Shown here: piece by piece, positions 10,007 to 18,839 of the stretch | How the letters are laid out: the number at the start of each line of letters is the position of its first letter | How positions within the stretch are numbered: position 1 is the stretch's first letter | From: an uncultured Holophaga sp. | GTDB lineage: Bacteria; Acidobacteriota; Holophagae; Holophagales; Holophagaceae | NCBI GenBank assembly: GCA_963664825.1 | Contig: OY761614.1 | Location: forward strand, 1,760,001 to 1,824,000 | Length of the DNA stretch: 64,000 bases | Reading direction: 5' to 3' | Notes under the pieces: generated by a model | What the model was told of the DNA's origin: nothing | Seen by the model: the letters and a program-made list of their open reading frames with translations, nothing else | Databases searched by the model: none | Translations under genes and position numbers: made by a program

Positions 10007-10126
10007 ATGAGCCCTGGGATGGGTCAAGACAAGGCATGATCCTTTTCAGAGGCTACCAAATCACTTTAAGTGGGTGGTATATTGGACAATACATCAGGGA
10101 TACCCCAATCCAATCAGGATGCTCCC

Positions 10127-10489
10127 ATGGCGGATGCTGGCGTTAAATGTCTGAGATGCGATGGCACGGGCCATATACTTCGTGATTGTGATGTATGTAA
10201 TGGCCGTGGAATAATGATGGTTAGTTGCCGAAAATGTTTAGGCAAAGGCGTCTATACGCAGAAACAAGGCCCATGTGCTCGCTGCGAAGGCAAGGGCATT
10301 CTTGAAAATGGCACCCCATGCCCCCGCTGCAAGGGACATAAGATTCAAGTGGCTTTTTCTTCTCCATGCTCCAAGTGCTCCGGCACGGGCTCGATAAGTG
10401 TGACGTGTAAGAGATGTGGCGGGAGCCTTAAATTCGAAGCCGATTGTGCTACATGCAAGGGGACAGGTATTTATCGCAAACAGGCATGA
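10127..10489 (+). CDS. stand-alone DnaJ-type zinc-finger repeat protein (8 CxxCxG motifs)
   Basis: CLRCDGTG, CDVCNGRG, CRKCLGKG, CARCEGKG, CPRCKGHK, CSKCSGTG, CKRCGGSL, CATCKGTG. AGGA upstream of the ATG. Confidence 0.8.
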   Translation: MADAGVKCLRCDGTGHILRDCDVCNGRGIMMVSCRKCLGKGVYTQKQGPCARCEGKGILENGTPCPRCKGHKIQVAFSSPCSKCSGTGSISVTCKRCGGSLKFEADCATCKGTGIYRKQA

Positions 10490-10555
10490 CAGGTGCACTG
10501 ACTGTTCCAGAGCCCTCCAGTAGGTCCTGGAAGGTGTGGTTAAAAAGAAAGTCCG

Positions 10556-11767
10556 ATGAGATTCCTGATCGTCCCCGAGAACAACTCGCTCTCCCATATT
10601 GGCAAGGCCTTGGCCCTGGAGTCTGCCCTCGGTGCCCAGGGCCACGAGGTCTTTGTGGCCGTGGGCGCCGAGCGAGCGCCCTTTGTGCGACACCTGGGCC
10701 CTCGTGGCCGCATCCTGCCGGATCTCCAGGAGCAGGATCACTCCGGTTATCTGACGGTGGAATGGTTCAGGCATCCGAGCCGCATCGTGGAATGCATCCA
10801 GGCCGAGCTGAGCCTCTTGAGGGAATTGCGGCCGGACCGGGTCCTGGGCGTCTTCCGGTTCACCCTGAAGGCCTCTGCGAGGCTGGCCGATGTCCCCTTC
10901 GATTCCCTCGCCTGCGGCTGCATGCTGCCCGAGACCCCAGAGGTGCTCGGATTTGCCGAAGGGTACCCGGGCCTGGCCCAGCAGCGGGAATACCTGAGGC
11001 TCTTCTACGGCTTCGCGGGAGCCCGGCTCAGCCGTGCCCTGGAATCCTTGGGCCTGGAGGGGATTCCCGATATCCGCGAGATGCTAAAAGGGGAGCGGAC
11101 CTTCCTCTGGGATTTCCCGGAATTTTCCATCCTGCCGGAGCTCCCGGGCGTGGTCCATGTGGGCCCGATCCCTTGGCATGGCTGGCCCCAGGAGGATCTG
11201 GACCTGGAGGCGATCCTGGGTGATTCCCGCCCCCTGGCCCTCCTCACCTTCGGCACCTGCGTGGGCAGTGGCGAGGCGGCCCTGCGATTGGCTCGGATCC
11301 TCCGCACCTTGGGGTACCGGGTGCTCTTGGCCGCGGGAGGCCAGGAGGGTCTGCTGGAGGCCGCCGCCCGGGAGCCGGGGCTCATCGCGTGCCGCTTCGC
11401 CCCCCTCCACCTCATCCTGCCCCATGCCGCGATCCTGGCCTGCCACGGGGGCCAGCTCACGGTCTTCGAGGCCCTCGCCTACCGAGTCCCGGTCCTGGTC
11501 CTGCCCTTCCAGGCCGAGCAGGCCCACAACGCAGTCTGCCTGGAGCGCATGGGCTGTGGCCGCCGCCTGGGGGGCCCTCGCTCCTTCCTGGGGGACCCTG
11601 GGGTTTACGTAAACGCCTTCAACGCCATGAGCGACCCGGATCTCCTGGGGATCCTTCGAGGCCTGACGGAGGATCCCCAGACGGCCGATAAACTGGTCGC
11701 CGCTCAGGAAATCCTGGACCGCTACCACGGGCTCGAGACCCTCACCTCCCAGCTGGTGGAGAGTTGA
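10556..11767 (+). CDS. GT-B fold glycosyltransferase (GT1/GT28-like)
   Basis: N-terminal LSH..KALAL...L...GHEV and C-terminal CHGG..T..EAL...VPVLVLP..AEQ..NA. Confidence 0.8.
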   Translation: MRFLIVPENNSLSHIGKALALESALGAQGHEVFVAVGAERAPFVRHLGPRGRILPDLQEQDHSGYLTVEWFRHPSRIVECIQAELSLLRELRPDRVLGVFRFTLKASARLADVPFDSLACGCMLPETPEVLGFAEGYPGLAQQREYLRLFYGFAGARLSRALESLGLEGIPDIREMLKGERTFLWDFPEFSILPELPGVVHVGPIPWHGWPQEDLDLEAILGDSRPLALLTFGTCVGSGEAALRLARILRTLGYRVLLAAGGQEGLLEAAAREPGLIACRFAPLHLILPHAAILACHGGQLTVFEALAYRVPVLVLPFQAEQAHNAVCLERMGCGRRLGGPRSFLGDPGVYVNAFNAMSDPDLLGILRGLTEDPQTADKLVAAQEILDRYHGLETLTSQLVES

Positions 11768-13524
11768 ACGTGGCGCCGGGCATCCTCCTCATCCACGGGT
11801 ATACGGGTTCCGAGCATGATTTCGGTCCCCTGGTCGAAGACCTGGCAGGGGTCTGTCCCGGCGCGGAGATCGTTGCCCTCCCGCTGCCCGGCCATGGAGG
11901 CGCCGCACCCGCATTTGCCCAGGCGGCCTTTCTCGAGGCCATCGGCGAGGCCGCGGCCCATCTCCAGGCCGGGGGCCGCAAGCTCATCCTGGTGGGGCAT
12001 TCCACCGGGGGCAGCCTGGCCCTCGCCGCCATGGAACAGGGGCTCACTCCCTCATTGCTGGTGCTGGCCGCCGTGCCCAACCGCATCGATGGGAGCTACC
12101 TGGCCCACTGGAAGCAGCACGCCGAGGCCATGGGAAGAGGGGGCGGCATCACCTTCACATCCATGGCCCAGATGGTGGCTTTCATCAACAGGATCGGAGC
12201 CCAGCCTCGGGCCCATTGCCCCGTGCTGATCCTCCATGGCCTGGACGATGAGCTCGTGCCCCCTGCCGAGACCGAACTCTGGCGCGTACGGATGGCCCCA
12301 GGCCTAGTCCGCACCGTTTTCATTCCGGGGGCCGGACACCAGTTGTTCCAGGGGGCGGGCCAGGCCTTCGCCTGCGATGTGCTTTGCAGGGCGGTAGCAG
12401 ACGTGGCCTACGAGCTCTCGGAGGATGAGCGCAGCGCCTTGGCCCGGCTCGTGGCCGACGAACCGGAACTGGGGAAATTCATCTCCCTTTCTCCCACCTC
12501 GGCCCGCCATCTGCTGGGCTCACCCAGCGGCCAGGGTGGGGATGGCTGGCCACCCCTTGAACCCCTCGGGGAACCGGTCTTCGCCAATATCGAGATCACC
12601 ACCCGCTGCAATCTCCGCTGCGCTTTTTGCGCGCGCACCCAAGGGGCCAGGCCCGCCGTGGATATGTCCCTCGAGACGTTCAAGCGCATCCTGGATCTCC
12701 TGCCCCACGCCTACCGGATCACCCTGGTTGGCCTCGGCGAGCCGCTGCTGCACCCTGGGGTGGCCGAATGCGTGGCGATGGCAGCCGCGAAGGGCCGCCG
12801 CGTGTCCCTAGTCACCAATGCCCTGCTGCTGACCCCTGAACGCTCCCGTCGCCTCATCGAGGAAGGGCTGGATGGGATCACCTTCAGCCTGGATGCGCCC
12901 ACGGCCGAACTGGCCGCCCAGGTGCGAGCCGGGACAGTGCTTGATACAGCCCTGGCCAATATCCGAAGCTTCAATGCCATCGCGGAGGCCACGCGTCCCG
13001 TGGCCCGGGCCGTGTTCTCCGCCGTCTCTATGACCACGCTGCCTCTCCTAGAGGAGCTGGTGCGCACCGTCGCGGGGCTCGGAGTGGATGTGCTGATGCT
13101 CTCTGATCTCAATTTCAAGGCCAACCTCCCCCAGAGTCTATGGCGCAACCCCGGCGAGGAAGTTGCCTCCACGGTCCGGCAGGCCGTCCGTACGGCCTTC
13201 GCCCTCGGCCTTCCCGTGCTCTCCGTCCACGGACTGGAGGCCTTCGCGCTGCCCCGCCGCTACCAGCGGCATCTCCTGGTCCCCCCGGACCGGCTCTACA
13301 TGCGGTCCTCCTCATGCACACACTGCTTTTCTCCCTGGCAGACGCTTCCCGTGGCCGTGGATGGCAGGCTCACGCTCTGCGACTGCCAGCCGGACCGGGC
13401 CGTGGGGCAGCTTCTGGAACAGCCCTTCGGCGATCTGTGGCTGAGGGGGCCCCTCGCCGAACAGCGTCGACACATGCTTTCGGAGGCGCCGCCCGAGGCC
13501 TGTGCCATCTGTCCACGCTTCTGA
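11764..13524 (+). CDS. alpha/beta-hydrolase fused to radical SAM/SPASM domain
   Basis: HGYTG, GHSTGG nucleophile elbow, HGLDDELVP and GAGH; then NIEITTRCNLRCAFC, GEPLLH and C-terminal Cys motifs (C.HC..PW, CDC, CAIC). Confidence 0.85.
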   Translation: MNVAPGILLIHGYTGSEHDFGPLVEDLAGVCPGAEIVALPLPGHGGAAPAFAQAAFLEAIGEAAAHLQAGGRKLILVGHSTGGSLALAAMEQGLTPSLLVLAAVPNRIDGSYLAHWKQHAEAMGRGGGITFTSMAQMVAFINRIGAQPRAHCPVLILHGLDDELVPPAETELWRVRMAPGLVRTVFIPGAGHQLFQGAGQAFACDVLCRAVADVAYELSEDERSALARLVADEPELGKFISLSPTSARHLLGSPSGQGGDGWPPLEPLGEPVFANIEITTRCNLRCAFCARTQGARPAVDMSLETFKRILDLLPHAYRITLVGLGEPLLHPGVAECVAMAAAKGRRVSLVTNALLLTPERSRRLIEEGLDGITFSLDAPTAELAAQVRAGTVLDTALANIRSFNAIAEATRPVARAVFSAVSMTTLPLLEELVRTVAGLGVDVLMLSDLNFKANLPQSLWRNPGEEVASTVRQAVRTAFALGLPVLSVHGLEAFALPRRYQRHLLVPPDRLYMRSSSCTHCFSPWQTLPVAVDGRLTLCDCQPDRAVGQLLEQPFGDLWLRGPLAEQRRHMLSEAPPEACAICPRF

Positions 13525-13582
13525 GTGGCCAGGGCTTGCGCGGGTCCGATATGATTTCCAGAGCCCCGGAGGAGAGCTGTTG

Positions 13583-14848
13583 ATGAAGATGACCCTGATT
13601 TACCCGAGTTGGCCGAAATTGGACCGACAGACGGAATTCTACCTGCCTCCTCATGGCCCCGTGTGCTTCGCCGCCACCGTTCCCCCCGAAGTGGATCTGA
13701 CCTTCGTCGACGAGAACCTCCAGACCATCGATTTCGATGCCTCCTGCGATCTGCTGGCCCTTTCGGTCATGCTCACCTGCCAGTTGCCTCGGGCCTTCGC
13801 CATCGCCCAGCTTTACAGGGAGAAGGGGATTCCGGTCATCTTCGGCGGCATCGCGACCATGCTCCATTCCGAGGAAGTGGCCCTTCACGCCGATGCGGTC
13901 TTCCTGGGGGAATCCGAGGGACGCTTTGCCGCGGTCCTGGAGGATTTCAAGGCTGGGCGCATGAAGAAGCTCTACGACTACATGGGCCAGCATCCGGACA
14001 TGAACCTCATCGGCACCGCCCGTCGGGAGATCCTCGACCGCAAACTCTACAATTACCGGGGCGTTCAGATGCTGGATCTGGTTCACGCCTCCCGGGGTTG
14101 CCGTTTCAATTGCTATCCCTGCTGCACGGGTTTCCTGGGGGGGAAGTCCTTCCGCCCCCGCCCCATCGACAAGGTCATCGCGGAGATGGAATCCATCCAG
14201 AACAACCGCATGTTCATCGTGGATAACTCCCTGGCCCAGGACAAACAGTGGCTGATCGATCTCTTCACTTCAATGGCGCCCCTCAAGAAGAAGTGGGTCT
14301 CCCACCCCATCATGGACGATGACAAGATCCTCAAGCTGGCGGCCGATGCCGGCGCCTGGTACGTCTATCAGGCCGTGTTTGACACTTCGGATGTGATCCG
14401 CAACCGCATCAAGCGCCTCAAGGACCACGGCATCGGCGTGGAGGGCACGATCCTCCTGGGCACCGATGAGCAGGACGAGGACTCCATCAAGCGCCTGGTG
14501 GACTTCCTGCTGGAAGTCGAACTGGATGTGGCCGAGTTCACCATCATGACCCCCTTCCCTCATTCTCCCTGCCGTACCGCCCTGGAGCAGGAGGGACGGC
14601 TCCTCAGCAGCAACTGGATCGACTACACCGCCGATAAGGTCGTCTTCCGGCCCAAGCAGATGACCCCCGACAAGCTCCAGGAGATGTACCACTACGCCTG
14701 GGACACCTTCTATGCCGATGGAGGACACCAGCTGAAGATGGGCAATCTCTTCAAGCGGGTGATCGAGCGCGAGATGGGGGACGGTACCTATTACCGCTAC
14801 AACCCTCGCAGGAGCCGGGAGTTCCAGAAGGTGCAGTCCGAACAGTGA
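13583..14848 (+). CDS. cobalamin-binding radical SAM protein
   Basis: N-terminal B12-binding region (VIFGGI..GESEG) and SRGCRFNCYPC. GGAGG RBS. Confidence 0.88.
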   Translation: MKMTLIYPSWPKLDRQTEFYLPPHGPVCFAATVPPEVDLTFVDENLQTIDFDASCDLLALSVMLTCQLPRAFAIAQLYREKGIPVIFGGIATMLHSEEVALHADAVFLGESEGRFAAVLEDFKAGRMKKLYDYMGQHPDMNLIGTARREILDRKLYNYRGVQMLDLVHASRGCRFNCYPCCTGFLGGKSFRPRPIDKVIAEMESIQNNRMFIVDNSLAQDKQWLIDLFTSMAPLKKKWVSHPIMDDDKILKLAADAGAWYVYQAVFDTSDVIRNRIKRLKDHGIGVEGTILLGTDEQDEDSIKRLVDFLLEVELDVAEFTIMTPFPHSPCRTALEQEGRLLSSNWIDYTADKVVFRPKQMTPDKLQEMYHYAWDTFYADGGHQLKMGNLFKRVIEREMGDGTYYRYNPRRSREFQKVQSEQ

Positions 14849-16197
14849 CCCGCATCCTGCTGGTCTCGTCCAATATCACGCGGGAACCCTTTCCGGTCTA
14901 TCCCCTGGGCCTGGCGGTCATCGCCTCTGCGCTGGCAGCCTGCGGCCACATCCTGGAACAGTTCGATTATCTCGTGGCGAAAGAGTCCGAGGAGGCTCTG
15001 CGCGCGCGAGTTCAGGCCTTCGCGCCGGATTACGTCTGCATCTCCCTCCGCAACCTGGATGACTGCGATTCCCTCACGGCCAGGGCCTATCCCGTCGTCG
15101 CCCAGCGGATGGTGGAGGTGATCCGGGAGACCAGCGCGGCCCCCGTGATCATCGGGGGGGCTGCCTTCTCCATCCTGCCCGAGGAGATCCTCGCCTTTAC
15201 CGGCGCCGATTATGGGGTGGTGGGTGAAGGCGAAAGAGTCGTCTGCGATCTGATCCGGGATCTCGAAAAAGGGATCCCAAGGCCCCGCATCTTGAGGGGC
15301 GAGACCCTCATTCCCGGCCAGGAACTGATCTCCCCCCTCTATTCCCGGGAGCTGATCGACTTCTACCTGGAACAGAGCGGGATGATCAACCTCCAGACCA
15401 AGCGGGGTTGCGCCCATGGCTGCATCTACTGCAGCTATCCCTCCCTGGAGGGCAGTCGCTATCGCTTCCGGGATCCTCGGGCCGTGGTCGATGACATGGA
15501 GCGGGCCGCCACGGAACACGGCGTGAATTCCTTCTTCTTCACCGATTCGGTCTTCAACGACGGCGAGGGGCACTACCTGCGGGTCGCCGAGGAGATGCTG
15601 CGGCGGGGGAAGCCCCTGCGTTGGTGCTGCTACATCCGCCCCGAAGGCCTCGGCCGACCGGAGATCGCTCTCCTCAAGCGGGCCGGGCTCTATGCCGCGG
15701 AACTGGGCACCGATGCGGCCTGCGACACGACCCTGCACACCTTGGGCAAGGGATTTACCTTCCGGGACGTCCTGGAGGTGAATGGGGCTTTCGTGGCAGA
15801 ACGGGTGCCCTGCGCCCATTTCGTCATGTTCGGCGGGCCAGGGGAGACCCCTGAGACCGTGGCGGAGGGCCTGGCCAATCTCGAGAAGCTCGAGCATACG
15901 GTGGTCTTCGCCTATACGGGCATCCGCATCCTGCCCGACACTCCCCTCCTGAATCTTGCGATCCGGGAGGGCTTCCTGGAGCCTGGAAGCTCTCTGCGGG
16001 AGCCCATCTTCTACCAGTCTCCCCTGATTCCAGGGGAGGCGATGAATGCCATGATCACCGAGGCCTTCAGGGGGCGGCGGGATCGAGTCTTCCCCCCGGA
16101 GGATTCCCAGACCAAGCGGACGGTCCTGCACCGTTTCGGATACCGCGGCCTGCTCTGGGACACGCTCATCCGGTTTCCCAAGGATTTGCCATGTTGA
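14845..16197 (+). CDS. cobalamin-binding radical SAM protein, resembling the lipid-biosynthesis (ladderane-island) family
   Basis: RILLVSSN...P.PVYPLGL, SLRNLD, IIGGAAFS, TKRGCAHGCIYCSYP and DSVFN. Family resemblance recalled, not searched. Confidence 0.85.
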   Translation: MTRILLVSSNITREPFPVYPLGLAVIASALAACGHILEQFDYLVAKESEEALRARVQAFAPDYVCISLRNLDDCDSLTARAYPVVAQRMVEVIRETSAAPVIIGGAAFSILPEEILAFTGADYGVVGEGERVVCDLIRDLEKGIPRPRILRGETLIPGQELISPLYSRELIDFYLEQSGMINLQTKRGCAHGCIYCSYPSLEGSRYRFRDPRAVVDDMERAATEHGVNSFFFTDSVFNDGEGHYLRVAEEMLRRGKPLRWCCYIRPEGLGRPEIALLKRAGLYAAELGTDAACDTTLHTLGKGFTFRDVLEVNGAFVAERVPCAHFVMFGGPGETPETVAEGLANLEKLEHTVVFAYTGIRILPDTPLLNLAIREGFLEPGSSLREPIFYQSPLIPGEAMNAMITEAFRGRRDRVFPPEDSQTKRTVLHRFGYRGLLWDTLIRFPKDLPC

Positions 16198-17639
16198 ACT
16201 CGAACAAGATCCTTTTCGTGCATCCCCTGGGATACAAGGCCTCCGCTGCCGGGAAGGACATCTCCCGGGTGGCCAATATCATGCCTCCCCTGGGGCTGGC
16301 GAGCATGGCGGCCTATCTCGAACAGCGCGCCCTGAGCTCCGAGATCATCGACTGCTACGCCCACCCCGATTCCGATCGCATCATCGTGGATCGCCTCCTG
16401 GCCGAGCAGCCCGCCTTCCTGGGGCTCAGCTGCACCACCTCCAGTTTCCTGGACGGCGTGCGCATCGCCGAGATCGCCCGCAAGACCCTGCCCGGCATCC
16501 AGACCGTCTTCGGGGGGCCCCATGTCTCGGCCCTGAAGGAAAAGCTCTTCCCGGACTACCCCGCCATGGACTATGCGGTGATCGGAGAGGGGGAGGAGAC
16601 CCTCGCCAATCTGATGCGCAACGGCGGCGAGGCCCCGGGAGAGGTCAAGGGGATCATCTACCGGGATGCCGGCGAGGCCCGCTTCACGGGCTACCCGGAC
16701 AAGGCCCTGGAACTCGATAGCCTGCCCTTCCCGGCCTACGAGAAGCTGGCGGGATTCCCCGATTCCTACATGCTGCCCATCTTCAATTACCCGAAGGTGC
16801 CCAACGCCAGCTGCATCTCCAGCCGGGGCTGTCCCTACGCCTGCAGCTACTGCGACCGTTCGGTCTTCCGCCGGAGCTTCCGCTTCAATTCCGCCGAATA
16901 CCTCTATGCCCATCTCAAGCACCTGCGGCAGAAGTTCGGCGTGCGGCACATCAATTTCTACGACGACCAGTTCACCTTCAACAAACAGCGGGTGGAGGAT
17001 TTCACCGACCTGATCCTCAAGGATCCCCTCGGGATGACCTTTAATTGCGCCGTGCGCGCCGAGCACATCGATGCCCCCCTCCTGAAGCGCATGAAGCGGG
17101 CGGGTTGCTGGATGATGAGCCTGGGCATCGAATCGGGGGACGAACAGCTCCTGGCCCAGCACCGCCAGAACGTGGATCTGGATCACCTAGCCCAGAAGAT
17201 CCGGATGATCAAGGCCGCGGGGATCCGCACCAAGGGACTGCTGATGATGGGGCTGCCGGGGGAGACCGAGGAAAGCATCCGCAGGAGCATGGCCTACGTG
17301 TTCTCCCTGCCCATCGACGATTTCAACCTGGCCAAGTTCACGCCCTTCCCGGGCTCTCCCATCTATGAAAACATCCACGAGCTGGGGGAATTCGAAGAGG
17401 ATTGGGAGAAGATGGACTGCATGCATTTCCAGTTCGTCACCAAGGGGATGACCCAGAAGCGCCTGGAGACCCTCTTCCAGGAATTCTATCGTTCCCATTT
17501 CCAGCGCCCGAAGGTCCTCTGGGGCTATGTGACCATGCTCTGGCGCTCCCCGGATAGCTGGTTGCGCTTCCTGAAGAGCCTCACCAGCTTCCTGCGCTAT
17601 ATCCACGTCAACCGGCGCCTCATGGATGAGGAAAGCTAG
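16191..17639 (+). CDS. cobalamin-binding radical SAM protein (class B methyltransferase-like)
   Basis: PPLGLASMAA, VFGGPHVS, GEGEET, SRGCPYACSYC, DDQFT and GIESG. Confidence 0.9.
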   Translation: MLNSNKILFVHPLGYKASAAGKDISRVANIMPPLGLASMAAYLEQRALSSEIIDCYAHPDSDRIIVDRLLAEQPAFLGLSCTTSSFLDGVRIAEIARKTLPGIQTVFGGPHVSALKEKLFPDYPAMDYAVIGEGEETLANLMRNGGEAPGEVKGIIYRDAGEARFTGYPDKALELDSLPFPAYEKLAGFPDSYMLPIFNYPKVPNASCISSRGCPYACSYCDRSVFRRSFRFNSAEYLYAHLKHLRQKFGVRHINFYDDQFTFNKQRVEDFTDLILKDPLGMTFNCAVRAEHIDAPLLKRMKRAGCWMMSLGIESGDEQLLAQHRQNVDLDHLAQKIRMIKAAGIRTKGLLMMGLPGETEESIRRSMAYVFSLPIDDFNLAKFTPFPGSPIYENIHELGEFEEDWEKMDCMHFQFVTKGMTQKRLETLFQEFYRSHFQRPKVLWGYVTMLWRSPDSWLRFLKSLTSFLRYIHVNRRLMDEES

Positions 17640-18664
17640 TGGGCCCGCAGGGCTCCCATGCGGAACCTGTCGGGCGGCGCACCTGGACGGCCAGGAGCCT
17701 GGGTTCCGCGTTTCAGCACAAGATCTTCTACACCCTGATCCGCTTCGGCGGGCGCCAGGCGGCCTATCTCCTGCTGGTGTTCGTGGTGGCCTGGTACGTG
17801 CTGTTCCGGCCCTCGGCCCGCAAGCGCTCCAGCTTCTACCTCCGGCGCCGCTTCCCCGGGAGGAATGCCTTCCAGAGACTGCTGGACTGCTACCGTCTCT
17901 GTCTGGCCTTGGGCAGGGTGCTGGTGGACCGGGCCGTGCTGGGCATCCTGGGCTCCCACCGGTTGCACTGCAGCCTCCAGGGACGGGAACAGCTCCAGGC
18001 CCTTCTGGCTGAAGGGCATGGCCTGATCCTGCTTACGGCCCACGTGGGCAGCTGGCAGCTGGGCATGGCCAGTCTCGCCAAGCTCGATGCGCCCATTTCC
18101 CTCCTCATCCACCGGGAGGAGGGGGATGTGGATCGCCATTTCTTCGAACACAGAGGCGGCGTTGAACATGACACGGCCTCCCCCTACCGGATCATCGAAC
18201 CCCTGGGTTACCTGGGGGGCACCCTGGAGATGCTCCAGGTGCTCAAGGCCGGGGAAGTTCTCTCCATCATGGGGGACCGGGTCCTGGGAGGCGAAAAAAG
18301 CAATGTGGAGGTGGATTTTCTCGGCAGTGCCGTCGCCATGCCCTTCAGTCCCTACAAGCTCGCATCGGCCACGGCGGCCCCCATTGCTGTCATTTTCCCC
18401 TACAAGTCCGGGCATGATAGTTATGCCTTGCGGGTGGCGCGGATCATCCGTGTGCCAGAAAACCTAGGGAGGGCGTCCTCCGCCTTCTTGCCCTATGCGG
18501 AGCAGTACGCCCAGGCCCTGGAGACCTTCGTCCAGGAACACCCCTTCCAGTTCTTCAACTTCTTCGATATGTGGAGCCCGACCCATGGACACCAAAGCCA
18601 AGCTGAAAAAGATCCTTGCCGAGGAGATGAACCTGCCGGTTCTGATTCAGGAGAACTACGATGA
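17639..18664 (+). CDS. LpxL-like lysophospholipid/lipid acyltransferase
   Basis: LLTAHVGSWQ, MGDR, V.FLG and P.QFFNFFDMW motifs. Confidence 0.82.
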   Translation: MGPQGSHAEPVGRRTWTARSLGSAFQHKIFYTLIRFGGRQAAYLLLVFVVAWYVLFRPSARKRSSFYLRRRFPGRNAFQRLLDCYRLCLALGRVLVDRAVLGILGSHRLHCSLQGREQLQALLAEGHGLILLTAHVGSWQLGMASLAKLDAPISLLIHREEGDVDRHFFEHRGGVEHDTASPYRIIEPLGYLGGTLEMLQVLKAGEVLSIMGDRVLGGEKSNVEVDFLGSAVAMPFSPYKLASATAAPIAVIFPYKSGHDSYALRVARIIRVPENLGRASSAFLPYAEQYAQALETFVQEHPFQFFNFFDMWSPTHGHQSQAEKDPCRGDEPAGSDSGELR

Positions 18665-18839
18665 CGACACCCCCCTCTTCGGGGAGAGCCTGGGGCTCGA
18701 TTCCCTGGATGCGGTGGAGCTAGTGATCGTGATCAAGAAGCATTTCGGCATCGAGATCGCCGATATGGAGGAGAGCAAGACCGCCTTCTCCTCGATCAAT
18801 GCCCTGGCCGCCTATATCGATAGCCACCTGCCTGCATGA
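18585..18839 (+). CDS. acyl carrier protein
   Basis: PLFGESLGLDSLDAVELV phosphopantetheine motif. GGAG upstream. Confidence 0.9.
   Translation: MDTKAKLKKILAEEMNLPVLIQENYDDDTPLFGESLGLDSLDAVELVIVIKKHFGIEIADMEESKTAFSSINALAAYIDSHLPA

Noticed and set aside
11764..13524. RiPP system built around the rSAM/SPASM protein
   Set aside because: No precursor peptide, RRE/PqqD domain or peptide transporter nearby, and the context is lipid/glycosyl. The Cys-rich 10127 ORF fits a zinc finger better than a precursor.
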